Part shown: one piece after another, positions 1 through 7,926 of the stretch
Layout: each line of letters opens with the position of its first letter
Numbering within the stretch: position 1 is the first letter of the stretch
The notes under the pieces: generated by a model
What the model saw: only the letters and a program-made list of their open reading frames with translations
What the model was told of the DNA's origin: nothing
The model's database searches: none
Translations under genes and position numbers: made by a program
From: a virus
Taxonomy: Duplodnaviria; Heunggongvirae; Uroviricota; Caudoviricetes
Virus record (IMG/VR): IMGVR_UViG_2690316152_000009
Strand: one strand, 5' to 3'
Length of the DNA: 21,027 nt

Positions 1-1002
1 TTACCCTCTATTGTCAAAAGGGTTCAATTCAACAGCAGCCTCTAAATGACCTGGAGCAAAATGCGCATAACGCATAGTCATTTTTATATCGCTATGCCCC
101 AGTATTTTTTGCAACACAAGAATATTTCCGCCCCGCATCATAAAATGACTGGCAAACGTGTGACGTAGCACATGAGTTAATTGCCCATCAGGAAGCTCGA
201 TCTTCGCTCTCTTAATTGCAGCGTCAAAAGCCTCATAACATGGTGAAAATAGCGCTCCTCGTTTTTTAGGAAGCATAGCCTGCAATTGAGGTGAAATCGG
301 TACAGTGCGGTTCTTCTTTCCTTTAGTTTTAACAAATGTGATTCGACCGGGCAGTACTTGAGATTGCTTTAATCCTTCTGCTTCACTCCACCGAGCACCC
401 GTCGCAAGCCCAATACGGACAACAACCCCCAAATCTTTATTCCGTGACTCATCACACGCAATCAGAAGGCGTTCAATCTCATCTACATACAGAAACGCCA
501 GTTCCTTTTCTTCCTCACGAAACTTGCGAATACCAGTCAGGGGGTTTTCACCAGACCACTCCCCAAGGCGCTTCAGTTCGGCAAAAACAGCATGTAGATA
601 TGACTGCTCGCGATTAACGGTTGCTTCACTAAGTTTTTTCTTCCCCTTGGGATTCCATTCTCCTGATAGCCTTCTTTCCCGATAAGTAGCAAACATATTT
701 TTGTCAAACTGAGAAGCAAATGGATCTCCCAGCCTGGAACAAATCGCCTCAAGTTTGACTTTGCGCTCTGCACCAGAGGACAAGGTTTTACCGTACATCT
801 CAAACCAACGAGCAATCAACTCAGAAAGACGAGGACCAGAACCATCTTGAAACTCGTCTCCAACTCTACTATTCATTAAACGGCGCTCATAAGAGAGCGC
901 CTCACTTTTTGTCGCAAACTGTTTACGAATGCGTTTTCCCGATGCCCCGTAGGGATAACATTCGCAAAGCCATTTACCTGATGGAATCTTACGAACCGAC
1001 AT
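1..1002 (-). CDS. int: P2-type tyrosine integrase
   Basis: 333-aa ORF; tyrosine-recombinase C-terminal motifs (HVLRHTFASHFMM, LGHSDIKMTMRYAHFAP) and P2 Int-like N-terminus (GKRIRKQF, FVKTKGKKNRTVPIS) recognised from memory of P2 Int; position at prophage end matches the P2 map. Confidence 0.9.
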   Translation of the reverse strand: MSVRKIPSGKWLCECYPYGASGKRIRKQFATKSEALSYERRLMNSRVGDEFQDGSGPRLSELIARWFEMYGKTLSSGAERKVKLEAICSRLGDPFASQFDKNMFATYRERRLSGEWNPKGKKKLSEATVNREQSYLHAVFAELKRLGEWSGENPLTGIRKFREEEKELAFLYVDEIERLLIACDESRNKDLGVVVRIGLATGARWSEAEGLKQSQVLPGRITFVKTKGKKNRTVPISPQLQAMLPKKRGALFSPCYEAFDAAIKRAKIELPDGQLTHVLRHTFASHFMMRGGNILVLQKILGHSDIKMTMRYAHFAPGHLEAAVELNPFDNRG

Positions 1003-1007
1003 TTTAG

Positions 1008-1355
1008 TTACTTATCACATAAATCAAATGCAGCCTTAGTGACATCCCCCAGACTCTTTTTTAACCCTGGGGCGGCATCATTATCTAGCCAAAATGGATT
1101 ATTGTTATCTAACGGTAACGCACCAAATGTTTTACCTTTTATTCGAGCCAAACCTGTAAGTGCATATAACTTATTATCGTCAAAATTCATCACATAAGGA
1201 TTACCATCAAGACACTGTAATTGAACCTCATCAGTATTAAATGGCCATACCCCATTGAAACTCTCACGTTCAATAGTTTTAAAAGGCATTGCGACGGCGG
1301 AAAAAGAAAACATAGATAAAAAAGTAACTAATAGTTGAACCTTTTTTACTTTCAT
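1008..1355 (-). CDS. Secreted (periplasmic) protein of unknown function, cargo between C-like repressor and int
   Basis: 115-aa ORF; N-terminal Sec-type signal peptide (MKVKKVQLLVTFLSMFSFSAVA, AxA cleavage site); two Cys in mature part; GAGG SD before ATG; no Cys lipobox. Confidence 0.6.
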   Translation of the reverse strand: MKVKKVQLLVTFLSMFSFSAVAMPFKTIERESFNGVWPFNTDEVQLQCLDGNPYVMNFDDNKLYALTGLARIKGKTFGALPLDNNNPFWLDNDAAPGLKKSLGDVTKAAFDLCDK

Positions 1356-1384
1356 ATCATTACCTCAATTTAGCTCAAGTAAGA

Positions 1385-2035
1385 TTACAAATTAAAAAAT
1401 GCCCTAGAAATGACACCACCTACCAAAACCCCTACGCAGATAAAGAATATTATTTCTTTTGGATAAAGTCGGATTAATTCTGAAGCACGAAGTCGGACTT
1501 CTGGTAAGGTCGAACTCTCTGTGTGGCTTGATGCCGATTGTTGCTCTAACCACGACAATGCAGACTGTAACTGAGAACGAGTAAGATCGTTTAAACGTCC
1601 TGTACCGAAATTGATATGGCAATACCGCAGAAGTTTTTGTCGAAGTCCACAGTCTTCACTGTTACGTAGTAATAAACTTACAAGAGCCTTACAGGCATCA
1701 TGATCTTTACATCGCTCAAGCATTGCATGCAGAAAACTCTCCGCTGTTTTATATTGATTTACTGTCATATCATCAATACCAGTTACACCAATCTCCGCAT
1801 GTACTTTTTGCCAAATAATAAACGCTTCAGTATTGCTAGCTTCTGCAATAGCAGCAACCAAGCTATTTAGCTCCTTACGCTGAGCCTTAAGCAAAGGGCG
1901 ATCGTCATCATCATTATTCGAAGGGATTGCGATATTGACGGTCTGAGAACCATCATATCGCTCTATCTGAATATTCTTTTCGTGAAAATCACGCCCAGCA
2001 ACGCGATTGTTTGAACCGTTTGAGTTGACGGCCAT
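1385..2035 (-). CDS. C-terminally membrane-anchored (tail-anchored) protein of unknown function
   Basis: 216-aa ORF; GGGAGG SD 6 nt upstream; single hydrophobic segment at extreme C-terminus (EIIFFICVGVLVGGVISRAFFNL); N-terminus carries NNRVAGRDFHE motif shared with C-terminus of upstream repressor. Confidence 0.6.
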   Translation of the reverse strand: MAVNSNGSNNRVAGRDFHEKNIQIERYDGSQTVNIAIPSNNDDDDRPLLKAQRKELNSLVAAIAEASNTEAFIIWQKVHAEIGVTGIDDMTVNQYKTAESFLHAMLERCKDHDACKALVSLLLRNSEDCGLRQKLLRYCHINFGTGRLNDLTRSQLQSALSWLEQQSASSHTESSTLPEVRLRASELIRLYPKEIIFFICVGVLVGGVISRAFFNL

Positions 2036-2050
2036 GTCACCTCCCTACTA

Positions 2051-2455
2051 TCACCTACCCTTAGTTTCGTTATAGTCACGACCAGCGATACGGTTATTAC
2101 CACCAGAAATATTTAACTCACGTCCTGATGGCTGAGTTTCCTTTTCACTGATCGCACCTTTTAAAGCCCCAATCACCGCATTTTTCACATCTAACGAAGC
2201 TGCTCGAAAGCGAGTAATCAACTCCTGCTCATCATCGTTATAAGTTTCAGGTGAGTGAATTCCCAACACAACATACTGAACATCAAGGCCAAAACGAGAC
2301 AGCGCTGCCAAATACGCAGCATCAGGAAAGCTATCTCCTTTCTCATATCTAAGCTGAGTTAGCTTTTTGACTCCACCAATGTCGCTCATGGCAACTTGAC
2401 TAAGTCCCAATCTTTCCCTTTCCTCACGCAACCGCTGACCAATATCATTTTTCAT
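2051..2455 (-). CDS. HTH (XRE-family) transcriptional repressor, putative immunity repressor (P2 C / 186 CI positional analogue)
   Basis: 134-aa ORF; N-terminal HTH (LREERERLGLSQVAMSDIGGVKKLTQLRYEKGDSFP); first gene leftward of divergent switch region, as P2 C. Confidence 0.75.
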   Translation of the reverse strand: MKNDIGQRLREERERLGLSQVAMSDIGGVKKLTQLRYEKGDSFPDAAYLAALSRFGLDVQYVVLGIHSPETYNDDEQELITRFRAASLDVKNAVIGALKGAISEKETQPSGRELNISGGNNRIAGRDYNETKGR

Positions 2456-2530
2456 ACAAAAACCTTGACAGGTATCTTTTTTGATACCAAAATGATTTCA
2501 CGAGCTATTAGATGATCACAATATACCACT
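2456..2530. promoter_or_regulatory. Divergent lysis/lysogeny switch region with perfect inverted repeat GGTATC-N6-GATACC (2471-2488) overlapping a candidate rightward promoter (-35 TTGACA 2465-2470, weak -10 CAAAAT 2488-2493)
   Basis: 75-bp intergenic region between divergent repressor gene and early operon; palindrome and -35 hexamer read directly; -10 assignment weak. Confidence 0.4.
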
Positions 2531-2737
2531 ATGAAACAAGTTCTTCACGATACCAGATCACGCATTCCGCGTAACACCGCCACAGGTCCAAGACTGGCAC
2601 TTCGGCTGTCCCTCGAGGAGCGAGCCGTCATTGATGAAATGGCAGCTAAAGAACAACGCTCATCCTCTAACATGGCGCGCATGATCTTCCTTCGCGGCCT
2701 AGAGCTAACCCAGAAAGAACAAAACAAATCTTCCTGA
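2531..2737 (+). CDS. Small putative ribbon-helix-helix DNA-binding protein (first early gene)
   Basis: 68-aa ORF; RLALRLSLEERAVIDEMAAKEQRSSSNMARMIFLRGLE resembles RHH (Arc/CopG/MobC-like) pattern; no obvious SD, start uncertain. Confidence 0.45.
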   Translation: MKQVLHDTRSRIPRNTATGPRLALRLSLEERAVIDEMAAKEQRSSSNMARMIFLRGLELTQKEQNKSS

Positions 2738-2753
2738 TCAGGAGGCTAGTGGG

Positions 2754-2957
2754 ATGTCAGGTATAACCATCAATATCAATGTGAATGCCCCCTATGTATC
2801 CCTGCAGAAATATGCAGAGATAACAGGTATCCCTCTTAATACATGCAAAAAGATGTTGGCTGACGGTCGAATTATTATCCGACCCAAACGCGCCAAAATG
2901 GAAAAGCCTGAAGTAAACCTTGTGGCGATGTTAAAAGACGCTTTGGCTAACAGCTAA
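2754..2957 (+). CDS. Cox/Apl/AlpA-like HTH excisionase-regulator
   Basis: 67-aa ORF with GGAGG-like SD (caggaggctagtggg ATG); HTH segment VSLQKYAEITGIPLNTCKKMLADGRI typical of AlpA/Cox/Xis-type proteins; position matches P2 cox / 186 apl. Confidence 0.6.
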   Translation: MSGITININVNAPYVSLQKYAEITGIPLNTCKKMLADGRIIIRPKRAKMEKPEVNLVAMLKDALANS

Positions 2958-2978
2958 AACAATGAACAGAGCACCATC

Positions 2979-3329
2979 ATGAAAAAAAACGCTAATAATC
3001 CATACTCCAAATTTCGTAATGGCGTAGAACGCCATGTACACCACGTCGCTACCAGTGCATCACGTAGTAACAGTCGCTATAACCTGAACGAGACGCACGC
3101 AACACCGGATGGCCACGCTGTAAAACAAATCGGCGAGCATGCCTGGCTGATTGAGAAAGCTGGAATCGTGGTCCACAAATGCCCACGCAATCCGTTTACC
3201 GGAAACCGCATTTTTGCATTGAACTGCGGCGACAATCACTTCGGGCAGGATTTCACATTATACGAAGCACTTCGCACGGTTGATCGTCTGCTTCGCGGGC
3301 AAAGTTTTATTAAACAGGCTGATTTATAA
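2979..3329 (+). CDS. Hypothetical early-region protein
   Basis: 116-aa ORF in early operon, co-oriented; no recognisable motif. Confidence 0.5.
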   Translation: MKKNANNPYSKFRNGVERHVHHVATSASRSNSRYNLNETHATPDGHAVKQIGEHAWLIEKAGIVVHKCPRNPFTGNRIFALNCGDNHFGQDFTLYEALRTVDRLLRGQSFIKQADL

Positions 3330-3339
3330 CAGGTGCTTT

Positions 3340-3618
3340 ATGACCAAAGAGCATGCACAAGGTGTATTTATCCGTTTTATTGATTTTCGCGGTGAACTGT
3401 TATTACGCGCATCAGCCATTGACGGAGTTGTTCCATCCGAAAAAAACGCAGCTACTTACGTTTATCTGAACGGTACGCGCCTGACTGTGGAGCTTCCGTA
3501 CCAGACCGTACGAGAAATCATTAGCGAAGCTGAAAAGGCACGTCAGGTTAATGGCGATGAACCCTATATCGAAATTATTTGTATGGATTCAGAAGCTGAA
3601 ATTCAGAAAGCAGATTAA
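3340..3618 (+). CDS. Hypothetical early-region protein
   Basis: ORF track frame 3280..3618; ATG at 3340 preceded by AGGTG SD is the more plausible start (about 92 aa). Confidence 0.5.
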   Translation: MTKEHAQGVFIRFIDFRGELLLRASAIDGVVPSEKNAATYVYLNGTRLTVELPYQTVREIISEAEKARQVNGDEPYIEIICMDSEAEIQKAD

Positions 3619-3626
3619 AGGGCGTT

Positions 3627-3872
3627 GTGATGGGCAAAGAATATAAAACTCTCATTAACAAAGCACTTGAGCGTTTTTATTTTCGCTTAAGTGCATCAGG
3701 CGCTCATGCTGAACGTGCGGCCCGTGACTCATTGACCAGAGCAATCCGAAGTCTGTATGACGTGGCTTTTTACGCTGATGATCTGGATGCACTTAACGAA
3801 CTTTCCGAGCTGATCTATGCCGCAGAATGCGGGGAACATATTGAACCGTATAAGCTGGGAAATATCGCATGA
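3627..3872 (+). CDS. Hypothetical early-region protein
   Basis: 81-aa ORF (GTG 3627 or ATG 3630); stop overlaps next ATG (ATGA). Confidence 0.5.
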   Translation: MMGKEYKTLINKALERFYFRLSASGAHAERAARDSLTRAIRSLYDVAFYADDLDALNELSELIYAAECGEHIEPYKLGNIA

Positions 3873-3982
3873 GTATATTTATCTCATGGCTTGTTCTGAT
3901 TATTTCGGTGGTCTGCGCCATTGGGATTATGCGAATTATTAATTCAGTAAAAAAGATTGAACGCTTTTTCACTGAAGAATAA
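3869..3982 (+). CDS. Small hydrophobic (single-TM) peptide, 37 aa
   Basis: ATG overlaps upstream stop (ATGA coupling); translation MSIFISWLVLIISVVCAIGIMRIINSVKKIERFFTEE; not in ORF track because it is short. Confidence 0.35.
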   Translation: MSIFISWLVLIISVVCAIGIMRIINSVKKIERFFTEE

Positions 3983-4068
3983 CCGCGCAAATAAGACCCC
4001 AGGTTAAATAAGAAAATGTGAAAACAATCCGCATTCGCGGAGGTATTCGCACACGCCAAGGAGGCGTA

Positions 4069-4272
4069 ATGGCAATTAAGCATTTTCCCGTCGTTCGTTT
4101 CACCTCCAAAGGACGTGAATACGAAGTTGACGAACGCCTGATTACCACAATCGACAAACACCGTTCAGAAAAGGATGCACATCACATCTATCTCACTGAC
4201 GGCACTTACTTTTGCGCCACCAACGTGGTGCAGGTAAATCTTATCAGACAGGTACAGGAGTCACGCAGATGA
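4069..4272 (+). CDS. Hypothetical early-region protein
   Basis: ATG 4069 preceded by AAGGAGG SD (4057-4063); about 67 aa; same frame as ORF-track 4018..4272. Confidence 0.5.
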   Translation: MAIKHFPVVRFTSKGREYEVDERLITTIDKHRSEKDAHHIYLTDGTYFCATNVVQVNLIRQVQESRR

Positions 4273-4514
4273 CCATTCTGGACTACATCGCTGCCAATCC
4301 GGGTTGTAGCGGTGGAGAAATCGCCGCAGCACTGAATACACCAACCACAACCATTAATGCGGAGCTACGCCGTCTCTGGCGCAGCGGTTCAGTCATAAGA
4401 AAAGAGCGCAAAACAGGCGGTCGCTTTTCTTATCAGGTAAACCCGATGCCGTTTGGGTGTAGCAACCCACTAACCCAGATGTTCAACCAGCTACTGAGGG
4501 AAATCAGAGCATGA
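4269..4514 (+). CDS. Small putative winged-helix DNA-binding protein
   Basis: ATG 4269 overlaps upstream stop (ATGA), AGGAG SD 8 nt upstream; about 81 aa; MTILDYIAANPGCSGGEIAAALNTPTTTINAELRRLWRSGSV resembles wHTH regulators. Confidence 0.5.
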   Translation: MTILDYIAANPGCSGGEIAAALNTPTTTINAELRRLWRSGSVIRKERKTGGRFSYQVNPMPFGCSNPLTQMFNQLLREIRA

Positions 4515-4655
4515 GCACCTCCAACTGCCGGAAACCACGTCGGGCTTCAGCAGCTCATCCGGCAGCAAAACAAACTCCATTAATTCCTGTTCCGGGTCTT
4601 TCCTGCACCTTGTGGCGGGAGGCCTTCGCACATCTGTAACAAGAGGATTGCCGCA

Positions 4656-5021
4656 ATGATTCTCGCCAACGACTTTCTTGAATACCTGCTCAACACAGAG
4701 CGTGATCTTGCCGTTCGCGTGCGTGAACGTTATGACATGTACCTGAAATCCCAGCTTGTACCGCAGCTCGCTGACGGAAAGATTGTTATTGATGGTCGCT
4801 ACATGATTGACAGCCACGAGGGAAATTACAGGCTTTACCGCATTGAAGGTGGCACCCCGTCCGTTATTGGCATTTACCAGCGCCCATCCTCTGCAATCGT
4901 CAATGTGATTGCCGACAGCATCCGCATCACACATCGCCATGCCGACACAGAAGACACCGTGCTGGAAATTCAGCGGCTGGCTACAGTCTGCCGCGACACC
5001 CTGAATGGCATGACGAAGTAA
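4656..5021 (+). CDS. Hypothetical protein immediately upstream of gene A
   Basis: 121-aa ORF with AGAGGA SD; co-oriented with A. Confidence 0.5.
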   Translation: MILANDFLEYLLNTERDLAVRVRERYDMYLKSQLVPQLADGKIVIDGRYMIDSHEGNYRLYRIEGGTPSVIGIYQRPSSAIVNVIADSIRITHRHADTEDTVLEIQRLATVCRDTLNGMTK

Positions 5022-5027
5022 ATCACT

Positions 5028-7850
5028 ATGACGGCAGAGTACATCAGGGACTGGCAACAACCGCGCCACGCAGTGGGGCGTGAAGGAACGGGGATCCCCG
5101 CTCCTGAATCCGCGCTTTCCTCCTGGCTGGATGCCTACCGGGCAGAGAACGAGCGCCGCCAGGAAATGGCTGATGCGGCGTTCTCCGCCACGCCGCTGGG
5201 CAACCTGATTAATAAAAGCCTAGACGCACAGGAAAAACAGGACAAAACAATCACACTGGCAGGAGACGCCAGAAAACAGGCACGCGGCGCGGTAGATGAG
5301 GCCATGGCCTCACTGCGCCTGCTGCCGTCCTATCTGCGCGATCCGCTTATTCGCCACCTCTCCTTCCTGCGCAAAAAACAGGAAGCCGATCGTCAGCAAG
5401 GAAAAAACGCCAGGCAGGCAGAACGCTATGCGCGTGGGACCCTGCGCAAAATATTCGAACGTCTGGAGCGCACCGATCACCGCTGGCTGACATCGGGTTA
5501 TCGCTCCCTTGCCGGACGTGAACGCCTGGACGATTTGATTTACCTGCCGCAACTCAACAAACACCAGATACAGACGCTGGCCACCATGACGGCGGCGATG
5601 TTCAGCAGCACCTTCGAAAAACTCTGCGATGGTTTTGGCGCGACTGATGGCGAGCTGACCATGGATGTAACGCTGAAGGCGTATCAGATGCTGGCCCGCA
5701 TGGCGTTACACTTACACGCCATGCCTCCGCATTATGACGCACTGACAACAGACAAAGACCGGAGGCACGAACCGGACACAGAACTGCTGCCGGGCGCAAT
5801 CCTTCGCCTGACCTGTGCGGAATGGTGGAAACGCAAACTGTGGCTGTTACGTTGCGAGTGGAGAGAAGAACAACTCCGCGCCGCCTGTCTAGTTTCCAGA
5901 AAAACATCGCCCTATCTGAGCCAGGACGCGTTAAGCGAGTTTCGCGCACAGCGCGAGAAAACACGCGATTTCCTGAAAAGTTTCATGCTGGAAAATGAAG
6001 ACGGGTTCACGATTGATCTCGAGACGGTGTATTACGCGGGAGTAAGTAACCCGGTTCACCGTAAGGCAGAAATGATGGCCACCATGAAGGGGCTGGAACT
6101 TCTGGCCGAAGCCCGTGGCGACAAAGCGGTGTTTCTGACTGTCACCTGCCCGTCAAAATACCACGCCACAACGGAGAACGGTCATCCGAATCCCAAATGG
6201 AACGGGGCCACAATGCGCGACTCCAGCGATTACCTGGTTAACACGTTTTTTGCGGCGGTCCGCAAAAAACTGAACCGCGACGACCTGCGCTGGTATGGCA
6301 TCCGCACGGTGGAGCCTCATCATGACGGCACCGTGCACTGGCATATGATGGTCTTTGCACATCCGGAAGAAATCGACACCATTGTGTCCCATACCCGCGA
6401 TATTGCCATTCAGGAAGACCGCCACGAGCTGGGCAATGATATTACTCCGCGCTTTAAGGTGGAGTATGTCGACGGCTCAAAAGGCACGCCAACCAGCTAC
6501 ATCGCCACCTACATCGGAAAGAACCTGGACAGCCGCGCCGTGGATGGCATCGACCCGAAAACGGACAAGCCACGCGTGGACCACGAAACCGGAAAATCAA
6601 TGGCCGAGAGCGTGGAACGCGCCATCGGCTGGGCGCGTCTTCACCGCGTCCGCCAGTTCCAGTTCTTTGGTATCCCCTCCCGTCAGGTATGGCGTGAACT
6701 CCGCCGCCTTGCCAGTCAGATGGCCCGCAACCCGGAAGGTCCACAACGTCTGGAAAATGACGCAATGGATGCGGTACTCGCTGCCGCTGATGCCGGGTGT
6801 TTTGCCACCTACATTGAGAAACAGGGTGGCGTACTTGTTCCACGCAAAGACTACCTGATTCGCACCGCCTACGACCTCGCAGAAGAGCTGAACGATTACG
6901 GCGAGCAAAGCGTACAGATTTACGGGATCTGGTCGCCACAAATCGGGGAATCTTCCCGCGTGTGCACGCACCCGGATAACTGGAAGCTGGTAAGACGTAA
7001 ACCGGAAGCGGAAGACAGCGCCCGCGAAAATGGTTTTGACCTTCAGGGCGGCCCTGCCGCCCCTTGGACTCGTGGCAATAACTGTCCCCGTGTACAGGAA
7101 ACGGACAACAACGGGACAGAACAGCCGGAAGAACGGCCAGCACCGTGGCCGCAGCTCCCTGACGGCGTTGAAGTGAACGAATGGATGCGCTCACTGAAAC
7201 GGCACGAACGCCGGGCGCTGATGCGTTCGCTTCGTGACAAACAGGCAAAAAACAGCAGTGATGAAATGCAGAGCTGGACACAGAGCCGCAAACAGCAGCG
7301 GCCTTTGCCTGATAACCACGAATTACTCGCTAAAGAATGGCGGGAGTCTGCTGAATCTCTCGGCCTGCATATCGGTGAACAGCAGATGCAGCACCTGTTA
7401 CGGGGCGGCAGTCTGTACGTTGACGGCAGCATCATTGCACCGCAGGGATTTGAAATTGTACGCAAACCGGATACCCGACCGGACAGCCGGATCACGCAGC
7501 TCTGGCAGCGCCTGAGCCGTAACCACGGCGTAAGCAGCACGGAGATCCGCCATAACCCGGTCGCCAGCTATCTGGAACAGCTGGGGGCATCAGACCCCGA
7601 AGCCGCCGCACGCCTGGCATCCACACTTCAGCAAGACCAGAACACCATGAAAACACCCGTTACCGTGCTTTCTGACATGCTGCGCGCCATCCGCGACGCA
7701 GAGCACGCACAGAGAATCAGTGAAACCACTGAACGCGCCCGCCGCAAAGCAGACCTGCTGCGAGGTGGCCTGACCAGTGGAAACAAAAAACAGACAGAAA
7801 CGGGATTCACAAATCCCGTAAATGAGCAAAAAACGCGCCGCGATATATGA
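5028..7850 (+). CDS. A: Rolling-circle replication initiator endonuclease (P2 gpA family)
   Basis: 940-aa ORF; HUH motif (VHWHMMVFAH) and dual-tyrosine motif (YIATYIGKN) characteristic of phiX174/P2 A-type Rep proteins; start codon may lie downstream (for example ATG 5167); long low-complexity C-terminal extension. Confidence 0.9.
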   Translation: MTAEYIRDWQQPRHAVGREGTGIPAPESALSSWLDAYRAENERRQEMADAAFSATPLGNLINKSLDAQEKQDKTITLAGDARKQARGAVDEAMASLRLLPSYLRDPLIRHLSFLRKKQEADRQQGKNARQAERYARGTLRKIFERLERTDHRWLTSGYRSLAGRERLDDLIYLPQLNKHQIQTLATMTAAMFSSTFEKLCDGFGATDGELTMDVTLKAYQMLARMALHLHAMPPHYDALTTDKDRRHEPDTELLPGAILRLTCAEWWKRKLWLLRCEWREEQLRAACLVSRKTSPYLSQDALSEFRAQREKTRDFLKSFMLENEDGFTIDLETVYYAGVSNPVHRKAEMMATMKGLELLAEARGDKAVFLTVTCPSKYHATTENGHPNPKWNGATMRDSSDYLVNTFFAAVRKKLNRDDLRWYGIRTVEPHHDGTVHWHMMVFAHPEEIDTIVSHTRDIAIQEDRHELGNDITPRFKVEYVDGSKGTPTSYIATYIGKNLDSRAVDGIDPKTDKPRVDHETGKSMAESVERAIGWARLHRVRQFQFFGIPSRQVWRELRRLASQMARNPEGPQRLENDAMDAVLAAADAGCFATYIEKQGGVLVPRKDYLIRTAYDLAEELNDYGEQSVQIYGIWSPQIGESSRVCTHPDNWKLVRRKPEAEDSARENGFDLQGGPAAPWTRGNNCPRVQETDNNGTEQPEERPAPWPQLPDGVEVNEWMRSLKRHERRALMRSLRDKQAKNSSDEMQSWTQSRKQQRPLPDNHELLAKEWRESAESLGLHIGEQQMQHLLRGGSLYVDGSIIAPQGFEIVRKPDTRPDSRITQLWQRLSRNHGVSSTEIRHNPVASYLEQLGASDPEAAARLASTLQQDQNTMKTPVTVLSDMLRAIRDAEHAQRISETTERARRKADLLRGGLTSGNKKQTETGFTNPVNEQKTRRDI

Positions 7851-7895
7851 AGCGCGCATAAAACAGGCAAAAACGGGATTTCAGAATCCCGTAAA
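7785..7895. repeat. Two copies of a ~38-bp element each containing an 8-bp-stem hairpin (ACGGGATT-N4-AATCCCGT) at the 3' end of gene A
   Basis: Copy 1 at 7785-7822 (inside A coding sequence), copy 2 at 7858-7895 (after A stop); hairpins at 7800-7819 and 7873-7892; on the minus strand each is followed by a T-rich run. Confidence 0.5.
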
Positions 7896-7926
7896 CGATT
7901 AATTAATCAACATAAGGAAAAGCGAC

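Noticed and set aside
4511-4639. 42-aa ORF overlapping the upstream stop (ATGA) in the 140-bp gap before 4656
   Set aside because: Plausible but the translation is unremarkable and there is no SD; insufficient evidence to call
4491-5069. 192-aa minus-strand ORF
   Set aside because: Antisense to two well-supported plus-strand genes (4656..5021 and the start of A); no independent support
6153-7540. Cluster of overlapping ORFs on both strands (6153..6425, 6355..6858, 6454..7281, 6597..6971, 7043..7540)
   Set aside because: All lie within gene A in alternative frames; GC-rich coding sequence gives long stop-free frames; translations are Arg/Cys/Ser-rich nonsense
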